Of a stretch of 64,000 nt of DNA, positions 1 to 9,741 are shown one piece after another. The stretch is taken from contig JAQULK010000001.1 in NCBI GenBank assembly GCA_028718635.1, positions 543,834-607,833 on the forward strand, written 5' to 3'. Positions within the stretch are counted from its first letter, which is position 1; each line of letters begins with the position of its first letter. The notes below the pieces were generated by a model. The model made no database searches and had not been told where the DNA came from. It saw only the letters and a list, made by a program, of their open reading frames with translations. The translations under genes and the position numbers were made by a program. The DNA is from Minisyncoccota bacterium. GTDB taxonomy: Bacteria > Patescibacteriota > Minisyncoccia > Phycocordibacterales > UBA9973.

Positions 1-429
1 ATTCGGACGTCCAACGTCCGTAGATCCACACCATGTGTATTTTGCTTCGCGTTCAATTAAAGATATTCCTAGGGTTTTAGTATCTTTAATCTTTAAATTT
101 ATATTCTTAATTCTTTTAAATTCATTCTGAAGCTCATTTTTAATGGTATTTTGAGGATAAATGAAAATATTAGTTTTCGGGAAAAGCCATATATATTTTC
201 CAGAAATTTTTTTATCTACCGCACTTTTTAATGTTTCTGTATCAAGAACCTTATTACCGACGATATCCACCTCACTAATATTTATATTTTTCAAACGGGA
301 AAGAAAAACAAGCAATATAAAAAACGCTAGAACCACTATCAATAAGATCAAAATCTTATTTAAAAAAACTTTGTGCCTTCTTTTTTTTAATTCTAAGAGG
401 CCCGGAGAATTTAAAACATTTCTTTTCAT
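1..429 (-). CDS. FtsQ/DivIB-like cell division protein, N-terminal part (runs off the window start; not in the ORF track)
   Basis: Manual translation from ATG 429: MKRNVLNSPGLLELKKRRHK, one TM helix (ILILLIVVLAFFILLVFL), POTRA-like ISEVDIVGNKVL...FKRIKNINLKIKDTKTLGISLIERE; open to base 1. Confidence 0.7.
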   Translation of the reverse strand, partial: MKRNVLNSPGLLELKKRRHKVFLNKILILLIVVLAFFILLVFLSRLKNINISEVDIVGNKVLDTETLKSAVDKKISGKYIWLFPKTNIFIYPQNTIKNELQNEFKRIKNINLKIKDTKTLGISLIEREAKYTWCGSTDVGRPN

Positions 430-497
430 CCCAGTACTAAAATTTTAAATTGTTAATATTAGTGGTCATTTATTCTACTCAAAAATTTAGTACGGGA
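429..497. repeat. TCCC...GGGA inverted-repeat element, copy E1
   Basis: TCCCAGTACTAAAATTTT ... AAAAATTTAGTACGGGA; ends nearly identical to 40409-40476. Confidence 0.8.
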
Positions 498-502
498 CAG
501 GT

Positions 503-1768
503 TTATTTAATGAATTCCCTACCACCCATATATTTGCGCAAAACTTCCGGAATTTTTATCGAACCATCGGCTTGTTGGTAATTTTCTACTATCATTATAA
601 GAGGCCTGCCGGAAAGAGCCGTATTGTTTAATGAATGGACAAATTTCAATTTGCCGTCATTATCGCGATAACGAATATTCAATCTGCGAGTTTGAAAATC
701 ATGGAAATAACTAGCGGAACCGGTTTCTCGGTAGGTATTTTCAGACGGCAACCAAGTTTCAATATCATATTTCTTTACTTGACCCAAGCCCAGATCCCCG
801 GCGCAATTTATAACTACATGATAAGGCAAACCTAAAGCTTCCATGATTTCTTCGGTATTCCGCTCGATCTCCTCATGAAACTTTACTGATTCTTCGTGAG
901 ATGCTTCACAAAGGACAACTTGCTCAAATTTATAAAACTCATGAACTCGAAGGATTCCTTTTGTATCTTTGCCATGACTTCCTGCCTCGCGACGAAATGC
1001 ATCAGAAAATCCAAGCATTTTTATCGGCAAATCTTTTTTTTCTAAAATTTCTCCCATATAATGTCCCATCATTGCGACCTCGGCCGTGCCAGAGAGATAC
1101 TCGCCATCTTGCGTCCTGTATAGATCTTCTTCTCCTTGAGGAAGATAACCAGTGCCTAAAAATACTTCTCGCTTTACTAAAGATGGAACTATCATCGGAA
1201 CAAAACCGTCTTTTTTAGAAAAGAAATCCTGCACAAACTGCCACAAGGCAAATTCTAATAACGCGCCATCACCCTTGAGAAAATATCCGCGAAAGCCGGC
1301 CACTTTTACACCTCGAACAATATCAACCATCCCGAGATTCTCCATGAGCTCAATGTGGTTTTTGGGAGTAAAATCAAATTTAGGAATTTCACCAAAAACT
1401 TTTACTTCTTTGTTTTCTGCGTCTGTTTTCCCTTCCGGTACAGACATATCTGGAACATTCGGCACTTGCACCATTATTTTCTGCCATTCTTCCATAGTAG
1501 TCTTTAATTTCTCTTCTTTAGCCTTGATGTCTTCTTTCACTGCGCGCATTTCCTCAATTAATTGAATTTTGGATGCTGGGTCCTGATCGCGAGATATGTC
1601 ATTCGAAACTCTATTTACTTCACTACGAAGTTCTTCCACTTCTTTGAGTTCTTTTAATCGGGTATCATCAAGCGCAATCAAAGCATCAATATCTATCTCA
1701 ATATTTTTTTTCTTCGCCCCCGCCTGCACGATATCTTTGTTTTCGCGAATAAATTTGATGTCTAGCAT
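503..1768 (-). CDS. serS: seryl-tRNA synthetase
   Basis: MLDIKFIRE start, coiled-coil arm, GTAEV, FRREAGSHGKDTKGILRVHEFYKFE, HSLNNT; start trimmed to ATG 1768 because the upstream extension is a repeat element. Confidence 0.97.
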   Translation of the reverse strand: MLDIKFIRENKDIVQAGAKKKNIEIDIDALIALDDTRLKELKEVEELRSEVNRVSNDISRDQDPASKIQLIEEMRAVKEDIKAKEEKLKTTMEEWQKIMVQVPNVPDMSVPEGKTDAENKEVKVFGEIPKFDFTPKNHIELMENLGMVDIVRGVKVAGFRGYFLKGDGALLEFALWQFVQDFFSKKDGFVPMIVPSLVKREVFLGTGYLPQGEEDLYRTQDGEYLSGTAEVAMMGHYMGEILEKKDLPIKMLGFSDAFRREAGSHGKDTKGILRVHEFYKFEQVVLCEASHEESVKFHEEIERNTEEIMEALGLPYHVVINCAGDLGLGQVKKYDIETWLPSENTYRETGSASYFHDFQTRRLNIRYRDNDGKLKFVHSLNNTALSGRPLIMIVENYQQADGSIKIPEVLRKYMGGREFIK

Positions 1769-1795
1769 ATTTTTATTATACACAAAAGTTGTTAT

Positions 1796-1894
1796 AATGA
1801 AAAGCGCATAAATGATTTTAAGGAAACGTGTGGGTTCCCTGTCCTTTTGACTCCGAGGGCGCAGTTTCAAAAAATTATTTATGCGCTTTTCATT
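1796..1894. repeat. long hairpin element family C, copy 1
   Basis: 24-bp arms (1796-1819 and 1871-1894) around a core whose reverse complement CGCCCTCGGAGTCAAAAGGACAGGGAACCCAC recurs at 41490-41521. Confidence 0.8.
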
Positions 1895-1896
1895 TC

Positions 1897-2757
1897 ATGC
1901 AAATTAAAAAACTGACAAAAAACAAATTTCCAAAAGCATTATTAGAAATTCCCCAACCGCCGGAAAATCTTTGGGTTATGGGGGAAATGCCCTCTCCTAA
2001 TTTAATACACCTCTGTGTAGTAGGCTCAAGAAAATTCACATCTTATGGGCGCGAATCCTGCGAAAAAATAATAGCAGGATTAAAAGGCTATCCGATAGTA
2101 ATCGTTTCTGGCTTTGCTATGGGTATAGACACCATAGCTCACAAAAAAGCGATGCAGGTAGGGCTCAAAACCTTAGTCTTCCCTGGTTCAGGATTATCGG
2201 ATGAAGCAATATATCCAAAAACAAATGTAAGACTCATAAGAGAAGTTATTGAAAACGGCGGATGCTTAATTTCGGAATTCGAACCTGACTTCAAGGCGAC
2301 GCAATGGAGCTTTCCGATGAGAAATAGGCTAATGGCTGGTATTTCAAAAGCAGTACTCATCATAGAAGCAGAAGAAAAATCAGGAACACTTATCACTGCA
2401 CGACTCACTACAGAGTACAATAGAGATTTATTGGTGGTGCCTGGTTCGATTTTTTCTCCAAACTCAAAGGGAGTAAATAAATTATTGCATCAAGGCGCGA
2501 CTCCCGTCACTTGCTCTGAAGATGTCCTTGAAGCGTTAGGCTTTGAGCTTCCTAAAGACAAAGAAAAACAGGCTAAATTGTTTTTAGACTTATCACCTGA
2601 TGAGAAAAAAGTCATCGATCTTTTACGCGAACCGATGCCTCGTGATGAATTGATCCGCTCTTTAAAAATGCCGACACCACATGCCAACGCACTGCTATCG
2701 GTGATGGAAATAAAAGGATTGATAAAAGAAGAAATAGGTGAAATAAGATTGGCCTAA
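1897..2757 (+). CDS. dprA: DNA-protecting protein DprA
   Basis: VVGSRK, IVSGFAMGIDTIAH, FPMRNRLMAG, EAEEKSGTLITA, C-terminal winged helix; next to topA. Confidence 0.96.
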   Translation: MQIKKLTKNKFPKALLEIPQPPENLWVMGEMPSPNLIHLCVVGSRKFTSYGRESCEKIIAGLKGYPIVIVSGFAMGIDTIAHKKAMQVGLKTLVFPGSGLSDEAIYPKTNVRLIREVIENGGCLISEFEPDFKATQWSFPMRNRLMAGISKAVLIIEAEEKSGTLITARLTTEYNRDLLVVPGSIFSPNSKGVNKLLHQGATPVTCSEDVLEALGFELPKDKEKQAKLFLDLSPDEKKVIDLLREPMPRDELIRSLKMPTPHANALLSVMEIKGLIKEEIGEIRLA

Positions 2758-2763
2758 TGTTTT

Positions 2764-3654
2764 CTATTTAATTTTTTTTCCATATTCATATGTGTGATTT
2801 TTATCAGCAGAAATATATTTTGAAATTAAATAAAATGTACTTGGATCAGCATCGGTTATTATTCCACTTTGTTCCCTTATTTCAAAGGCATTATTATAAA
2901 CATGATTTTTATCCTTGAAATAACATTCGGGTAATTTGGTAAATGTTTGAACATCAGCAACTTCTATTTTCTTACCACGATAATAGACACCACTCTTATC
3001 TTTATAAAAATCACATTCCAAAGATATAAAAGTTGCGGAATCAGCTCCCTTTAGTACCACTGCCGATTGAGGAATAGTGCCCTTAATATTACGAACAAGC
3101 TCCCCTCCAAAATAATAAACATTATGATTATCTTTAGCATAATGTTCACCTATAAACAAAAATGTTTTTGGGTCAGCACCATCAATAATATTTAATGCAC
3201 CTTCTCCTAAATTATCAACTCCTGCCATATACACATTTTTATTATCTTTTGAGTACAACCATGGGTTTATATCATTGACACCCATATTTTCAATTATTTT
3301 GAAAGATGTCGCATCAATCCCATTAAGTTTTTTTCCAAAATAAAAAACGGTTTTTTCATCCTTAGAATAAGGACTACCACTTATTATCTCAAAATGTATT
3401 GGATCAACGTCTATCTTTTTAACCAGCGGAATAAACTCAAAACACAGCAATGATCTACATCCTCCTCCTATTAAATAATCCTCATTACTATGGTAATATA
3501 TCGAAGAAAATCCTTTGTAATAATACTCACTAATGCTAATGCTCGAATCTATTTTTTCTTTCCCAAAGGAAGTTCTATTAATTAGAAACCATACACTAAA
3601 TGCTAAAAATACAATTACTATTAGTAAAACAGGAGTTCTAAGTATTTTTTTCAT
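2764..3654 (-). CDS. DKNYY-repeat membrane-anchored protein
   Basis: N-terminal TM segment; repeated YSKDxxxVYY and GADPxTF units. Confidence 0.8.
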   Translation of the reverse strand: MKKILRTPVLLIVIVFLAFSVWFLINRTSFGKEKIDSSISISEYYYKGFSSIYYHSNEDYLIGGGCRSLLCFEFIPLVKKIDVDPIHFEIISGSPYSKDEKTVFYFGKKLNGIDATSFKIIENMGVNDINPWLYSKDNKNVYMAGVDNLGEGALNIIDGADPKTFLFIGEHYAKDNHNVYYFGGELVRNIKGTIPQSAVVLKGADSATFISLECDFYKDKSGVYYRGKKIEVADVQTFTKLPECYFKDKNHVYNNAFEIREQSGIITDADPSTFYLISKYISADKNHTYEYGKKIK

Positions 3655-3732
3655 AAATTTCTTTATTCATTGTCACATTAATCTAATCCTAGTTTCTTCA
3701 ATGATTTAGCATCTCAAATACTAAGTTATTTT

Positions 3733-4017
3733 TTAGAATTTCTTTCCCGAGTTAAATTCTATTTTCTCAACTCGCACAGTTAAATTTTCAATTCTTCTAT
3801 CGTAAGCAACATGATCGGTATATAAAGTAGAAATATTATCTCTAAAAGATTTACTGTCTTCGTGTATCGCTTTAATTTCTTTTAACATTATCTGCAAAAC
3901 ATCTTCTTGTCTTTTTAGATCCTTCTTTGTAGCCATTTTTTTCTCTAAACTTTCAAAACTATTATTCATCATAATAGCTAATTTATCTATTGTCATTTTT
4001 CCACCTTTTTTAATCAT
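3733..4017 (-). CDS. small coiled-coil hypothetical protein
   Basis: 94-aa ORF, MTIDKLAIM...MATKKDL, heptad pattern; fills the intergenic gap. Confidence 0.65.
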   Translation of the reverse strand: MIKKGGKMTIDKLAIMMNNSFESLEKKMATKKDLKRQEDVLQIMLKEIKAIHEDSKSFRDNISTLYTDHVAYDRRIENLTVRVEKIEFNSGKKF

Positions 4018-4137
4018 TACTCAAGTATACCAATAACAAGATATTCGAGTCAAATTAAATTAATTTTTATATATTTTGAGTAAAAAATGAAACAAAATTT
4101 GCAAAAAAAATATGTTTCGTGTAATACTTGGTGAGTT

Positions 4138-6417
4138 ATGAAATTATTAATTGTGGAATCACCATCAAAAGCAAAAACTATTGAGAAATATCTCGAAGGT
4201 GCCTTTACTGTGCGCGCGTCTGTCGGACATATTCGCGATTTGCCTAAATCAAACAAACAAGCCATAGACATCGAAGGCGGTTTTATTCCGCATTATGAAA
4301 TTTCAAAAGGTAAAGAAAAGATTGTGCATGAACTCCAAGGACTGGCAGAAAAAGCAAATGAAATACTTCTCGCGACAGACCCCGACCGTGAAGGAGAAGC
4401 CATCGCTTGGCACATAGAAACACTCCTTAATCAAGACCCCGAAGGAAAGAGTACTTCCTACGGGGCAAGTAAAAAAGTAAAAACTCCTATAAAAAGAGTA
4501 AGGTTTTACGAGATAACAAAAGATGCGGTACAAGAAGCTATAAAAAACCCAAGTGATATCGATCTGAAACTCGTTAAAGCTCAAGAAGCGCGCCGGGTGC
4601 TCGACAGGTTGGTAGGATATGATTTAAGCGGACTCATATGGAAAAAAGTGAGATACGGACTTTCTGCTGGCCGTGTCCAATCCCCTGCGCTTCGCATAAT
4701 AATGGAACGAGAACGCGAAATTCTAGCTTTTGTTCCTGAAAAATATTGGAAAATATTTGGATTATTTGAAACACCCAAAAAAGAGAAAATAACTCTAACT
4801 TGTTCCAAAGAGCCTCGAGAAGAAAAATTATTTGAAAAAATAATGACTGAAGGTAGAAAAGGTACTTGGATGGTAAAAGGAGTAAAAGAATCTGAGCAAA
4901 AACGTTCTCCTCGAGCGCCCTTTACCACTTCAACACTCCAGCAGACTGCCTCTTCGCGGCTTGGGTATTCCCCTTCGCGCACAATGCAAATAGCGCAAAA
5001 ACTTTATGAAGCAGGGCACATCACCTATATGCGAACAGACAGCACCAACCTTTCTGGTACTGCTCAAGCTCAAATAATATCATTTGTAAAAAAGGAATAT
5101 GGCAATAACTATGCGGAGGCACACACTTATAAGACAAAATCAAAAAATGCCCAGGAGGCGCATGAGGCTATCCGCCCTACACATATAGAGAAACTGTCTG
5201 CTGGGACAGATGACCAAAGCAAATTATACCGACTTATTTGGGAGCGCGCGGTTTCTTCACAAATGGCAGATGCCAAATTACTTAAAACTAAAATTACTGC
5301 AAATATAAATTCGGACGTTGGACGTCCGGTTTCCGGACGTCCAACGTCCGAATTACCCGATTTCACAGCGGTTGGCTCTCGTTTGCTTTTCCCCGGATGG
5401 CTAAGAGTCGACACTGGAGCGCGCGGTGAAGATGTGGAATTGCCTTTATGCAAAGAGGATGAAATTCTAAAACTTCTAGAACTAAAAGGAGAAGAAAAAT
5501 TTACCGAACCGCCTGGTAGATATTCTGAAGCGGGATTGATTAAAGAACTTGAGGCGAGAGGCATCGGCAGGCCTTCTACTTATGCATCAATAATGAGAAC
5601 CATCGAAACTAGAGGATATGTAAAAAAAGAAGGCAAAACGCTCTTTCCTACTGATGTCGGCGAAGTAGTATCGGATTTTTTAGAAAAACATTTTGCCAAT
5701 TATATCTCTGACACATTCACTGCTGAGATGGAGGACGAATTGGACGAAATATCCCGAGGCGAACGCGAATATGAAAAAACATTGAAAGATTTTTATATTC
5801 CTTTTTTGAAAGAAGTTAAATCAAAAGAAAAATTAGAAAAAGCAACCAACTTGGGCAATGCTCCGGAAAACATAAAATGCCCGAAATGCGGAGAGCCTAT
5901 GATTGTCAAGCTTTCACGCGGAGGAAAATTTTATTCTTGCTCGAAATATCCCGATTGCGAGGGAGCATTAATGCTCGACGGTACAGAATTAAAAGGTCCG
6001 GAAGAAACCGGTGAAATATGTCCTGAATGCGGAAACAAGAAAGGCAAATCCGGTGGAGGAAAATTGATAGTCAAACAAAGGCGCGATGGCACAGGCACAT
6101 TTATCTCCTGCTCGCGTTATCCTAAATGCAAATTTATCAAAAAAGATGAAGCTGAAGAAGCCAAAAAACGCACCGGTGTCATCTGTCCTGTTTGCAAAAA
6201 GGGAGATATCTCAGAGAGACGCGGACGTTTTGGAATATTTTATTCTTGTTCAAACTATCCTGATTGTAAATTCGCCATAAAGGCAAAACCTACCGGCAAC
6301 ATATGCAAGGAATGCGGAAGCTTGATGATGGAAGGCACAAAAACAATTCCTGAAAGATGTTCAAATAAAGCATGTAAAATACATAATCCTCATAAAATAC
6401 CCAAGATTGAAGCTTGA
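4138..6417 (+). CDS. topA: DNA topoisomerase I
   Basis: IVESPSKAK, ATDPDREGEAI, SAGRVQ, ITYMRTD, AHEAIRPT, C-terminal C4 zinc ribbons. Confidence 0.98.
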   Translation: MKLLIVESPSKAKTIEKYLEGAFTVRASVGHIRDLPKSNKQAIDIEGGFIPHYEISKGKEKIVHELQGLAEKANEILLATDPDREGEAIAWHIETLLNQDPEGKSTSYGASKKVKTPIKRVRFYEITKDAVQEAIKNPSDIDLKLVKAQEARRVLDRLVGYDLSGLIWKKVRYGLSAGRVQSPALRIIMEREREILAFVPEKYWKIFGLFETPKKEKITLTCSKEPREEKLFEKIMTEGRKGTWMVKGVKESEQKRSPRAPFTTSTLQQTASSRLGYSPSRTMQIAQKLYEAGHITYMRTDSTNLSGTAQAQIISFVKKEYGNNYAEAHTYKTKSKNAQEAHEAIRPTHIEKLSAGTDDQSKLYRLIWERAVSSQMADAKLLKTKITANINSDVGRPVSGRPTSELPDFTAVGSRLLFPGWLRVDTGARGEDVELPLCKEDEILKLLELKGEEKFTEPPGRYSEAGLIKELEARGIGRPSTYASIMRTIETRGYVKKEGKTLFPTDVGEVVSDFLEKHFANYISDTFTAEMEDELDEISRGEREYEKTLKDFYIPFLKEVKSKEKLEKATNLGNAPENIKCPKCGEPMIVKLSRGGKFYSCSKYPDCEGALMLDGTELKGPEETGEICPECGNKKGKSGGGKLIVKQRRDGTGTFISCSRYPKCKFIKKDEAEEAKKRTGVICPVCKKGDISERRGRFGIFYSCSNYPDCKFAIKAKPTGNICKECGSLMMEGTKTIPERCSNKACKIHNPHKIPKIEA
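5308..5354. repeat. perfect 22-bp palindrome inserted in frame in topA (GGACGTTGGACGTCC family)
   Basis: AATTCGGACGTTGGACGTCCGG-TTT-CCGGACGTCCAACGTCCGAATT; relatives at 1-22 and 58413-58452. Confidence 0.88.
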
Positions 6418-6459
6418 AATAATATTTTCTAACTTTCACAAAGGTGCTATACTTTTAAG

Positions 6460-7941
6460 ATGGAAAATACAGTAGGAGATGTAAGAGAAATCATTGATCT
6501 CGTACAAGGAAAAATAAATAAAGAAGAGGAGGAACTTTTGCGCAAAGCCTATGATTTTGCGAAAAAAGCTCATGCGGGACAAAAAAGAATGAGCGGAGAA
6601 CCTTATTTTATTCATCCTTTTGAGACTGCAAAAATTTTAACTGGTCTTGGAATGGATATTCAAATCATCGTTGCTGGATTATTGCATGATGTATTAGAAG
6701 ATACTTCTATAACAGAAGATGCAATACAAAAAAATTTTGGTGATGATATTTTATTTTTAATCAAAGGTGTAACGAAATTAGGAACCTTAAAATACAGAGG
6801 ACATGAAAGGCATGTGGAATCTCTGCGTAAATTTTTTGTGGCGATAGCAAGCGATCTACGAGTAGTTATTATTAAATTTGCCGATAGATTGCACAACCTG
6901 CGCACTCTCGAATATGTGCGAGAAGATAAAAGAGCTCGAATAGCCATAGAATCTATCGAAGTTTACGCTCCCCTCGCAAACAGGCTCGGAATGGGAAAGC
7001 TCAAAGGCGAACTAGAGGATGCCGCTTTCCCATATGCTTTTCCAAAGGAGTACAAAGAGACAGAAGAAATATTTAAAGAAAAAAAAGGTCTTTATGAAAA
7101 AAACTTAAAAGAAGTGAATGAAAAATTACAAAAAGAATTAGAAAAAAACAAAATAAAATTTATAGAGATTGATTATCGGATAAAACACTTATACAGCTTA
7201 TATAAAAAACTTTTAAAATATGATATGGACATAGATAAGATCTATGACATCGTGGCGTTACGTGTGGTAGTTAATACTGTTGCAGATTGTTACCGAGTCT
7301 TGGGATTAATCCATTCTGTTTGGAATCCACTACCAGGAAGAATTAAAGATTTTATTTCTATTCCAAAACCAAACGGTTATCGTTCAATTCACACAACTGT
7401 TTTTACTGGTTTAGGAGGAGTAGCAGAAATTCAAATAAGGACAAAAGAAATGCATACTGAAGCAGCTTATGGTGTCGCTGCCCACTTTGTTTATAAAGAA
7501 AAAGGTGAAAATAAAATTAAAGGAAATAAAGAAAAATTTAAATGGATCGAAGAACTAAAAGAACTTAATTATTCTCCTGATGATCCAATAAAATTTATTG
7601 ACCATCTTAAGATGGATTTCTTTAATGATCGTATTTTTATCTTCACGCCTAAAGGGGATGTTATTGATTTGCCAGAAGATTCAAGCCCGATAGATTTTGC
7701 CTATTCGATACACACTGATATTGGAAATCATATTTTTGGAGCTAAAATAAACGGCAAAATGTCTCAAATTTTTACCAAATTAAGAAATGGAGATATTGTT
7801 GAAATAATAACCAAAAAAGATTCTAAACCTTCAGGCAAATGGCTGGAATATACTAAGACTTCCATTGCAAAGAAAAATATAAAATCCTATCTTGAAAAAA
7901 ATAGTCTTCTTTCTAAGCTCATGTCCTTCGGCCGTAGTTAA
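6460..7941 (+). CDS. RelA/SpoT (p)ppGpp synthetase/hydrolase with TGS domain, no ACT domain
   Basis: SGEPYFIHP, LLHDVLED, DRLHN, KPNGYRSIH, EIQIRT, FTPKGD. Confidence 0.95.
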   Translation: MENTVGDVREIIDLVQGKINKEEEELLRKAYDFAKKAHAGQKRMSGEPYFIHPFETAKILTGLGMDIQIIVAGLLHDVLEDTSITEDAIQKNFGDDILFLIKGVTKLGTLKYRGHERHVESLRKFFVAIASDLRVVIIKFADRLHNLRTLEYVREDKRARIAIESIEVYAPLANRLGMGKLKGELEDAAFPYAFPKEYKETEEIFKEKKGLYEKNLKEVNEKLQKELEKNKIKFIEIDYRIKHLYSLYKKLLKYDMDIDKIYDIVALRVVVNTVADCYRVLGLIHSVWNPLPGRIKDFISIPKPNGYRSIHTTVFTGLGGVAEIQIRTKEMHTEAAYGVAAHFVYKEKGENKIKGNKEKFKWIEELKELNYSPDDPIKFIDHLKMDFFNDRIFIFTPKGDVIDLPEDSSPIDFAYSIHTDIGNHIFGAKINGKMSQIFTKLRNGDIVEIITKKDSKPSGKWLEYTKTSIAKKNIKSYLEKNSLLSKLMSFGRS

Positions 7942-7970
7942 CGTCCTACAGGCGAGGCCTTCGGACGTTC

Positions 7971-8966
7971 CTAGACGCTAAAATTAGAAATATTGTATAA
8001 ATCTGTCTCGTCCTTTTCTGCTTCTTCTTTTGATCTATCGTCTAGTGGTGTCTCAGCGGTTGAACCGTTAGGTTCCAGCGGTTGAACCGCTGTATTTTCA
8101 ATATGCTTTTCAAGCATATCACCTGGTTTTTTTTCAACTTCTCCTTTACGAATCAAGTCTAAAATTATTCGCAAATCTTCAGTAGAAAAAAAGTCAATTT
8201 TAATTTGCCCGCCCAATTCCTTCCTATCTATGTGTACTCGGGTACCTAATTTTTCCTGAAATTCTTCTTCTAATTCCGTAATTTCCGGGTCAGGCATAAA
8301 TTCTTTTTTTCGCACGCGATCATAAGCTATTTTCCTAGCCAGTCTTTCTGCCTCGCGCACCGTGATTTTTTTGTAAACAATTTCCTTAAATAAAACCAAT
8401 TGTTCCTCTGGATGATCTGCGAGCATTAAGAGTGGGCGAGTGTGACCATCGGAAATTTTTCCTTCAGATAAACCATGCAAAATTTCTTCTGGTAAAGTTA
8501 AAATACGCAAAGAATTGGAGACATATTCTCTGCTTTTACCCATCTTTTTAGCGACTTCATTGTGGGTAAATTTAAACTCAGTGACTAAACGAAAAAAAGC
8601 TCGAGCCCTATCAACGACATTTAAATCTTCACGCTGTAAATTTTCAATGATAGCAAGCTCAAGCTTCATCAAGGTCGTATCCCCTGTGCGAATCACTACA
8701 GGGACTTGCGATACCATAGCCATTTTGGCAGCTCGAAGCCTGCGCTCTCCAGCAATCAATTCATATTCAGTTACTAGTCCATCCCCGCCTTCTTTTTCCA
8801 CTTCAACTCGAGAAACTATAAGTGGCTGAAGAACCCCGTACTGTTTTATTGAATCAGCTAAATCAGCTAATCTAGCTTCATCAAAATCTCGCCTTGGTTG
8901 AAAAGGATTTGGTTTTATTTTATCGGTGTCAATCCAAAAAATTGAATTGGAATATAAGTTAGACAT
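7971..8966 (-). CDS. parB: ParB/Spo0J partition protein
   Basis: NPFQPRRDF, GVLQPL, IAGERRLRAA, IENLQREDL, HTH. Confidence 0.95.
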   Translation of the reverse strand: MSNLYSNSIFWIDTDKIKPNPFQPRRDFDEARLADLADSIKQYGVLQPLIVSRVEVEKEGGDGLVTEYELIAGERRLRAAKMAMVSQVPVVIRTGDTTLMKLELAIIENLQREDLNVVDRARAFFRLVTEFKFTHNEVAKKMGKSREYVSNSLRILTLPEEILHGLSEGKISDGHTRPLLMLADHPEEQLVLFKEIVYKKITVREAERLARKIAYDRVRKKEFMPDPEITELEEEFQEKLGTRVHIDRKELGGQIKIDFFSTEDLRIILDLIRKGEVEKKPGDMLEKHIENTAVQPLEPNGSTAETPLDDRSKEEAEKDETDLYNISNFSV

Positions 8967-9147
8967 GAATTGATTTTAGCATGTTTTAGAAAATATAAAA
9001 AATTTATATAATCTTACAACTGATTTAGGGCAGATGTAAAATTGATTATTGTTGGAAAGAAATTAAATTGAGGGCCGTGCTCTTGGTTTAGACCTTCTTT
9101 TGGCAATACTTGTCATGCTCAATCCAAAATAAGGAAGGAGCATAAAA

Positions 9148-9537
9148 ATGAGAGACACGAATGATGAGAGGATTAGCAAAGCAGTATCGACCTTCGATCA
9201 CATCCTTTGGGAAAGTATTCTTAGGGCGTGTGGAATGGCAACTTCTAAAGCTTTCCAGCAAACAGGTCGTTCGGCGCGGGTAGTTTATTCAATCCCAGAC
9301 TTGGATCCCAACAGTGCTATTTACTCCGAAGGCATAGCCCAAGAAGTAAAGAGTTTTCTGATGTACAATCGACGCGTAAAGAAAATTGGTAAAAGATTGT
9401 ACAAACTCGATGAAGCTCTTAAATTATGTACTCATGAAAGTTATCGAATATTTTTGAAAAGAATATTCGGCGAACAACAAGAAAAAGAACTAGATTTCGT
9501 TCAGAAGCGAATCTACGAATTTCGTTTTCATGTTTGA
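9148..9537 (+). CDS. hypothetical protein (ORFan-like)
   Basis: 129-aa ORF with strong SD AAGGAAGGAG and its own terminator. Confidence 0.65.
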   Translation: MRDTNDERISKAVSTFDHILWESILRACGMATSKAFQQTGRSARVVYSIPDLDPNSAIYSEGIAQEVKSFLMYNRRVKKIGKRLYKLDEALKLCTHESYRIFLKRIFGEQQEKELDFVQKRIYEFRFHV

Positions 9538-9545
9538 TTGATATC

Positions 9546-9592
9546 ATAGACAGGCCATGGGGATTTAATCCTATCGCCTGTCTATTTTTTTT
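9546..9592 (+). terminator. intrinsic terminator
   Basis: ATAGACAGGC...GCCTGTCTAT followed by a T-run. Confidence 0.8.
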
Positions 9593-9656
9593 GTAGGATA
9601 ACGTTATTTTTCTATAAATTGATTTAAAATTAAAAATAAAGTATTATTTTAATGTT

Positions 9657-9740
9657 GCCGGGGTGGCGAAATTGGTAACCGCAATTGACTCAAAATCAAT
9701 CGGGGGCGACCCCTTGGGAGTTCGAGTCTCCCCCCCGGCA
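9657..9740 (+). tRNA. tRNA-Leu(CAA)
   Basis: Acceptor GCCGGGG/CCCCGGC-A, anticodon arm ATTGA-CTCAAAA-TCAAT, long variable arm, GGGAG-TTCGAGT-CTCCC; CCA not encoded. Confidence 0.95.
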
Positions 9741-9741
9741 C

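Noticed and set aside
161-448. 95-aa plus-strand ORF
   Set aside because: Antisense shadow of the minus-strand FtsQ-like gene starting at 429.
1769-1896. N-terminal extensions of serS and dprA in the ORF track (likewise miaA 12489, ribH 33354, LAGLIDADG 9685, paralog 8 62030)
   Set aside because: They translate repeat elements, a tRNA or the upstream gene; family-typical starts lie downstream.
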